DNA of 30,680 nt from assembly GCA_002269645.1 (NCBI GenBank), contig NIVC01003119.1, positions 1 to 30,680 on the forward strand. Reading direction: 5' to 3'. This document shows, piece by piece, positions 22,801 through 30,680 of this stretch. The notes beneath the pieces were generated by a model. The model was not told the origin of the DNA. It saw nothing but the letters and a program-made list of their open reading frames with translations, and made no database searches. Source of the DNA: Macrostomum lignano. Lineage: Eukaryota. The position numbers were made by a program, and so were the translations under genes. Position 1 is the first letter of the stretch; each line of letters begins with the position of its first letter.

Positions 22801-23046
22801 CAGCACCTGCTCCTGGAGTCCATCCTGCTCAGAGCCTGGACTGAGCGGTTCCTGCGGCTCAACAACCAGCAGCATCACGGCCTGCACCTGCCCACAGCCC
22901 GCCCGGCCGCCGCCGTCTTCCTCAAAGCCGCCCAGCGGTCCGGCGGCCGGCGCGCCTACACGCAGCTTCGAGCCGAGGACCTCACGAAGCGGCTGGACTT
23001 CTCCAAGGTCAAGGTCAAGATGGAGACGCACGCGTGTATCGCGTGA
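19840..23046 (+). CDS. Pannexin/innexin-family 4-TM channel gene; exons 19840-20228, 20491-20995, 22711-23046; in-frame TAG at 20930-20932
   Basis: Splice phases fit (AG|A phase 2, GAG|GTT phase 0); 409 codons. TM1 DRLLQLLSVIWPMGLSFGLFG; EL1 with two Cys (QCLL..QLC); TM2 LMWLPHLWW; TM3 GACLAGQILLFACG; EL2 FP..TC..TC; TM4; C-terminal LLPGFLTSDFHLMSLLCEAN. Family assignment is from recalled motifs, not a search. Confidence 0.75.
20262..20478. repeat. 32-33 nt minisatellite (GATAATCTCATCC..AGAATCTCTCTCACAGA)n filling intron 1 of the channel gene
   Basis: About 7 units occupying most of intron 20229-20490. Confidence 0.92.
21012..21858 (-). repeat. 12-nt satellite (ATGAACTCACTC)n, the reverse complement of the 18713-19604 array; right arm
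   Basis: About 68 units starting 16 nt after the donor at 20996. Confidence 0.96.
22450..22670. repeat. Degenerate minisatellite of about 18 nt (CCCCAGAAATACCACACC)n
   Basis: About 11 imperfect units upstream of the acceptor at 22710. Confidence 0.85.
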
Positions 23047-23095
23047 TTGGCTGGCGGCTGTTTATTAACTAAATTTATTGATTGATTGGATTCAC

Positions 23096-23741
23096 TCAAG
23101 TCAGATGCCCGCGGTCCGTCCGAGACCCAGCACTCAGGGACCTTTGTGTCACTCTTCAAAATTTTTACTTCTACTGTCTCTTCATCAATCTGCCACTCTT
23201 TAAAGCCATTCACACTATAAATCATTTGCTCCATAAATCATTTGCTCCATAAACCAGTCACTCTATAAACCAGTCACTCAATAAACCTGTCACTCTATAA
23301 ACCAGTCACTCTATAAACCAGTCACTCAATAAACCAGTCACTCAATAAACCAGTCACTCTATAAACCAGTCACTCTATAAACCAGTCACTCAATAAACCA
23401 GTCACTCAATAAACCAGTCACTCTATAAACCAGTCACTCAATAAACCAGTCACTCAATAAACCAGTCACTCTATAAACCAGTCACTCTATAAACCAGTCA
23501 CTCAATAAACCAGTCACTCTATAAACCAGTCACTCTATAAACCAGTCACTCAATAAACCAGTCACTCAATAAACCAGTCAACAATAAACCAGTCACTCTA
23601 TAAACCAGTCACTCCATAAACTAGTCACAGTATAATTCAGTTGTAAAATTATTTCTCACTTGATTTCTCTGACACCCCAATATCTGTCACTGCCTGTCTC
23701 AGCCTCCAGCTGAAGATAACTCTGGTCCTGCTGGTAATTTA
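23096..23741 (-). CDS. Two candidate exons (23741-23660, 23214-23096) of an unidentified - strand gene
   Basis: AG/GT boundaries with matching phase (AA|T) give NYQQDQSYLQLEAETGSDRYWGVREI-N-VNGFKEWQIDEETVEVKILKSDTKVPECWVSDGPRASDL, separated by a satellite-filled intron; no family recognised. Confidence 0.35.
23215..23630. repeat. 16-nt minisatellite (ATAAACCAGTCACTC[T/A])n
   Basis: About 25 tandem units. Confidence 0.95.
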
Positions 23742-24154
23742 CTGAACACATTTTATGCTAGCCATTGTTTTTCGTTAATTATCAACAAATGAAATCTGGT
23801 AACACATGTACAATACGAGTATCTCTATGAAATATACTTGTGTAAAATAGCATTTGATTATTAATCAAAGTTGAATCATCTTGACTAGCAAAGACCAGGA
23901 GGCTTCTTTCTTAAAATTCATAAATTAAACGCCTTGCTCGAGTCTCATCCAGAGCCAGTTTTAGCATCCCTGCTGGTGAGCGCACGGCTTCCCATGAGAT
24001 GCCATCTGTTTGCCAACTGGGCAGAGAATTTGGGAAATTTTCATTTCAACTGTCAACGCAAAACTTGCATCATCAGCCCTCCCCACTGGTAGGACAGCAC
24101 AACTGCAGCTCCTGGGATCCCCTTAGGGAAAGAAAAGATAGAAATGAGTATTAT

Positions 24155-24640
<486 letters not shown>

Positions 24641-25094
24641 CACTGAAACCTGATGCCACCCGAGCCCTAATCAAGCGCCCCAGTGGCCAACAAGCTCAGC
24701 TCAAAATGATCACCCAATCTGCTCCCAATGTCCTGGGCAGACACCGGGAAGGATTATTCCCTTCACGCCCAGCCACGTGCAGCGTTTGGTAGCTCTGGAG
24801 CGATGAGGCTTTGATGATTGAAGGATTATATTTCTCACTTTACTAAATTAATGAATGACGCAACCAAGCCGCTCTTTGTCTTCCAGGCCTGGGGCGCTAA
24901 TTGGAAAAATCCCAGTTCCCAAAAGGCATTTATGGAACCGAGCTGGGAAGAGGCCCATCGGGAATTCAAAGTTTTTTTCAGTCCCGGCAACAAAACTGAA
25001 TCAGGAATGTCGGGCCGGGACTGAGTGGCAGTGTCAGCATAAGGGCTGTTGGTGCAGACTGGTTTAACAGTAGTCAGAGAGGAAGGAATGAGAC

Positions 25095-25590
25095 TCCGCT
25101 GAGATGAGATCAGGGTGAGACTAAGGTGCGATCAGGGTGAGACTAAGGTTCGATCAGGATGAGAATAAGGTGAGATCAGGGTGAGATTAATGTGAGATCA
25201 GGGTGAGACTAAGGTGCGATCAGGTTGAGACTATGGTGAGATCAGGGTGAGATTTTTAATGAGATCAAGGTAAGACTAGGATGAGATCAAGGTAAGATAT
25301 GCAACAAGATCAGGGTGAGACTGGGATGAGGTCAGGGTGAGACTGGGATGAGATCAAGGTAAGATATGCAACAAGATCAGGGTGAGACTGGGATGAGGTC
25401 AGGGTGAGACTGGGATGAGATCAAGGTAAGATATGCAACAAGATCAGGGTGCGACTCGGGTGAGATCAGGGTGAGACCGGGATGAGATAAGGGTGAGACT
25501 GGGATAAGATAAGGGTGAGACTGGGATAAGATCAGGGTGATACTGGGATAAGATCAGGGTGAGACTGGGATGAGATCAGGGTTAGATTGA
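25095..25590. repeat. Degenerate 20-nt minisatellite (GAGATCAGGGTGAGACTGGGAT-like)
   Basis: About 24 imperfect units, with a duplicated 60-nt block. Confidence 0.9.
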
Positions 25591-26189
25591 GATACATCAC
25601 AGGGAAATGAGATGTCTAACCGCTAAGCAGACTAGAAAAGATGCTTTATCCAGAGTGCACCCAAAACCCCGAACGCCCGCCCGATGAAGCCCCCAGCTGA
25701 TCGACCGTCAATCAGCAGCTCATTTGAGTCCCTGAGCACCAATTTAGGTGTTGCGTCAGGCGCTCGGCAAGTCGCAGCATTTGAGCCACTTGCCACTTCA
25801 CCACCAAGCACTCGCGCAGCTGTTCTCCGGTGCGCCAATTTGCTTCTTCTGCTTCTAGTAGAGGCTGTTGCTGGCCAAGAAACAGTTAAGTTGCAGAGTC
25901 TGCAGTTGCTTTTATTGACTTTCAGCTGAAACAGCCGCTCGGGCAACTTCGGGGCCGAAGCGGCGGGTTGCGTAATGCGGGAGAGAGTTGCTGCGAGCGA
26001 GAAGAAAGTCTGCAACAGTCAATCAGATTTTGCCTGCTTCGGACACCCGCCCCATCCGCGACTGAGGCACTGCGCTTGGAAACAAGATTTTAGGAATAGG
26101 GAATGCAGAGCAGACTGCAGCTAGCTGCATCATTCCGAGCAGCTGAGCCTTGGCAGTTCTCTCTGCCTCATTTCCTCTGTTTGTGTCTT

Positions 26190-26832
<643 letters not shown>

Positions 26833-27687
26833 AACAAATGATTAACAGTTTCATCTTAAACATACTTACTACTTGAAGTAAGGTGGATAGTTACCACATT
26901 TAAAGGGGCGGGTTGTGTGGCTAGACAACAGAAAATTTAGTCTCTGATACTCTCGCACATGGCTACTGACAACAGTAGCAATATAGGAGCAAGAGAAAGT
27001 CAGTTAAGCGGAGCATAAATCGATAATATTTCAGCCAAATCTTGGCTCAAAAAACATTTTGCAACGAAATGCAACAACTAAAAACAACACATGGTATAGA
27101 TTTATTTGAACTTTATAATAACCATTAGTATTAGTAATTTATATATAGACAACAATAATAACAGAGCTGGACGAGAAATGGAAATAGAGCTGCTTGAAAT
27201 GAGTCTCGAGATGAGTTTAAGGACAGTCGAAATGATTAAAATAGATGGCTCAATGATTGTGTGTACAGTTAATATATTCGCAGGGCAGCTGTTCAAACCC
27301 GCGTGTTTGTGTACTGGCGAACGCCTCCAAGGAACAAAAAGCGGCAAAATTGCCGCAAAGCAGACAGACTGCAGCTTATAATTGCAAGCACAAGAAGCGG
27401 AAATCAATAGGGCAAAGCAAAATTACATTAAAAAAAGCAGCAATACTACGACTAGTATAGAAATTGCATTTTTTCAATAAAAAGCCAAAATGACCAGCCT
27501 CGATTGAATACGATTTTTGCGCACAAATGAGCCACTCAAAAACCGAGCTACAGGTGCTATCTAGAAGGAACTGGTGCAGTGAGGAGCCTCGAATATTTCT
27601 CAAATAAAAAGTCTCGATCAGAATTTTCGAATGCAAATTTTATTTAATTTTTTAGAAATTTCAGCTAATTACTAAAGTAATGCGAAA

Positions 27688-28412
27688 ATCAATGTAAACA
27701 AATTGAAAATCCCAATGTAAACAAACTGAAAATCCCAATTTAAACAAATTAAAATCCCAATGTAAACAAATTGATAATCCCAATTTAAACAAATTAAAAT
27801 CCCAATGTAAACAAATTGATAATCCCAATTTAAACAAATTGAAAATCCCAATGTAAACAAATTGATAATCCCAATGTAAACAAATTAAAATTCCAATGTA
27901 AACAAATTGAAAATCCCAATGTAAACAAATTGAAAATCCAATTTAAACAAATTGAAAATCCTAATGTAAACAAATTAAAATCCCAATGTAAACAAATTGA
28001 AAATCCCAATGTAAACAAATTGAAAATCCCAATGTAAACAAATTAAAATCCCAATGTAAACAATTGAAAATCCCAATGTAAACAAATTAAAATTCCATTG
28101 TAAAAAAATTGAAAATCCCAATGTAAACAAATTGAAAATCCCAATGTAAACAAATTGAAAATCCCAATGTAAACAAATTAAAATTCCATTGTAAAAAAAT
28201 TGAAAATCCCAATGTAAACAAATTAAAATCCCAATGTAAACAAATTGAAAATCCCAATGTAAACAAATTAAAATTCCATTGTAAACAAATAGAAAATCCT
28301 AATGTAAACAAATTGAAAATCCAATTTAAACAAATAAAAAATCCCAATTTAAACAAATTAAATCCCAATGTAAACAAATTGAAAATCCCAATTTAAACAA
28401 ATTGAAAATCCC
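27688..28412. repeat. AT-rich 22-23 nt minisatellite (AAATCCCAATGTAAACAAATTGA)n
   Basis: About 32 tandem units. Confidence 0.95.
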
Positions 28413-28494
28413 AACATATAGAGGCAACAGAGATTGTAAAACTTATTTCTATTTTTAAAAGCTCTACAATGCGCAGCGCTATTGATACTTCAAA

Positions 28495-29029
28495 TCAGCA
28501 AGGCTTATAAAAAGTTTTGCATAATATCTGTACATGTGTGGAATTACTTAAACAGACTTCTTCTACCGCCGCCTCCGCCGCAGGCTCCGCCCCGCCGCCC
28601 ACGCATTCGTCATCGTCGGCGTTGAGCATATCCTCGATCCGGGCGTGAATCTCTTCAAAGCTGGGCCGCCTGTTCTCGTCCGAGTCCCAGCAGAGGCGCA
28701 TGAGGCGGTAGACAGGGTCCGGACAGCCGGACGGCCGGGCATCCTGTAGCCGTTCTCAACCTGATGAGCACATCCATGTTGCTCATGCCCGGGTACGGCA
28801 CCCGGCCGTAGGTGAGCAGCTCCATCAGCAGGATGCCGTAAGACCAAACGTCGGATTTGATGGAGAACCGGCTGAAATTGGCGGCCTCCGGCGCGGTCCA
28901 CTTGATCGGGAACCGGGAGCCGTGCCTGGCCTCGTATTCCTGGCCGACTTTCAGCAGTCGGGCCAGGCCGAAGTCGCAGATCTTCGCCACCCGATTGTCG
29001 CGACCAGAATGTTGCGGGCAGCCAGGTCT
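28495..29029 (-). CDS. 3' exon of a Src-family (Src42A/FRK-like) tyrosine kinase, subdomains VIb-XI plus tail; three 1-nt frameshifts
   Basis: Acceptor ccgcag|A GAC completes HRD. Sequence: [107 protein letters not shown]. Shifts at about 29001, 28766 and 28737-28739. Confidence 0.9.
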
Positions 29030-29139
29030 CTGCGGATTGGGGAAGGGGGTTATTGGGATTTTGTAGCTGCTTTGACGCTCCCAGGTTTATGGATTGCTTG
29101 GGATATTTATGGGTGCATGGCATTTATAGGTGAATGGGA

Positions 29140-30680
29140 AAGATAGGGACGTATGGGATTAATACAGATACATAGGATAAATGTGGATAAATTGACATGC
29201 TTGCAATAGGGGATGAGGGATAAATACGAGATTAACGAGTAAGGTAGGGGATGGATGGGATAAATAGGGAATACATGGGATAAATAGGGAATACATGGGA
29301 TAAATAGGGAATACATGGGATAAATAGGGAATACATGGGATAAATAGGGAATACATGGGATAAATTGGGAATACATGGGATAAATTGGGAATACATGGGA
29401 TAAATTGGGAATACATGGATAAATTGGGAATACATGGGATAAATTGGGAATACATGGGATAAATTGGGAATACATGGGATAAATTGGGAATACATGGGAT
29501 AAATTGGGAATACATGGATAAATTGGGAATACATGGGATAAATTGGGAATACATGGGATAAATTGGGAATACATGGGATAAATTGGGAATACATGGAAAA
29601 GCATGGCAAAAATACGGGATACACTAGATAAATAGGGGATATATAGGATAAAAGGGATATATAGGATAAATAGGAGAAGCATGAATATAAAATGGGGAGG
29701 AATGGGATAAATAGTGAATGAATGGGATAAATAGGGGATGCATGGGATAATATAGGGGATCCAGGGATTAAAGTGGGGATGAATGAGATAAATAGGAGAT
29801 GCATGGGATAATAAAGGATCTATGGGATGAATAATAGGGAACACATGGGATAAATAGGGAACAAATGGGATAAATTGGGGATGGATAGGGATAAATAGGG
29901 AACACATGGGATAAATAGGGAACACATAGGATAAATAGGCCACACATGGGATAAATAGGGAACACATGGGATAAAAAGGGAACACATGGGATAAATAGGG
30001 AACACATGGGATAAATAGGGAACAAATGGGATAAAATAGGGAACACATAGGATAAATAGGCAACACATGGGATAAATAGGGAACACATGGGATAAATAGG
30101 GAATAAATGGGATAAATAGGGAACACATAGGATAAATGGGCAACACATGGGATAAATAGGCAACACATGGGATAAATAGGGAACAAATGGGATAAATAGG
30201 GAACAAATGGGATAAATAGGGAACAAATGGATAAATAGGGGATGGATGGGATAAATAGGGAACACATGGGATAAATAGGGAACAAATGGGATAAATAGGG
30301 GATGGATGGGATAAATATTGAACACATGGGATAACGGGAACACATGGGATAAGTAGGGAACACATGGATAAATAGGTAACAAATGGGATAAATAGGGGAT
30401 GGATGGGATAAATATTGAACACATGGGATAAGTAGGGACACATGGATAAATAGGTAACAAATGGATAAATAGGGGATGGATGGGATAAATTGGGGATAGA
30501 TGGGATAAATAGGGGATGAATGGATAAATTGGGGATAGATGGATAAATAGGGGATGGATGGGATAAATTGGGGATAGATGGGATAATAGGGGATGGATGG
30601 GATAAAATATTGAACACATGGGCATATAGTAGGGAACACATGGGATAAATAGGGATGGATGGGATAAATTGGGGATAGAT
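29140..30680. repeat. 19-20 nt minisatellite (GGGATAAAT[A/T]GGGAA[C/T]ACAT)n in the kinase intron, runs off the window end
   Basis: More than 70 units with sub-variant zones. Confidence 0.96.

Overview
Eukaryotic (animal) genomic DNA: short GC-rich exons with GT-AG introns, most of them filled by a different mini- or microsatellite. This style is reminiscent of the flatworm Macrostomum, which is inference only. There are no prokaryotic-type genes, and most long six-frame ORFs are repeat artefacts. Supported content: (1) a + strand multi-exon model from a DDX1/hnRNP-U-type SPRY exon (826-1291) through a run of phase-0 exons (6316-15403) encoding a low-complexity tail with ankyrin/4.1-C-terminus-like motifs and a terminal ESDV PDZ ligand, plus a candidate 30-nt stop-containing microexon; (2) a 5'-truncated RNase H-bearing non-LTR retrotransposon (1797-5968, - strand) with an 11-bp TSD; (3) a 3-exon pannexin/innexin-family gene (19840-23046) with an in-frame TAG-ATG after TM4, whose first two exons lie between two inverted arrays of the same 12-nt satellite; (4) the last kinase exon of a Src42A/FRK-like tyrosine kinase (- strand, 28495-29029) with Cys at the Csk-site Tyr position; (5) weak candidate exons of another - strand gene. 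Six frameshifts are single-base deletions in short runs, which suggests long-read assembly error, so all lesions need read-level confirmation.
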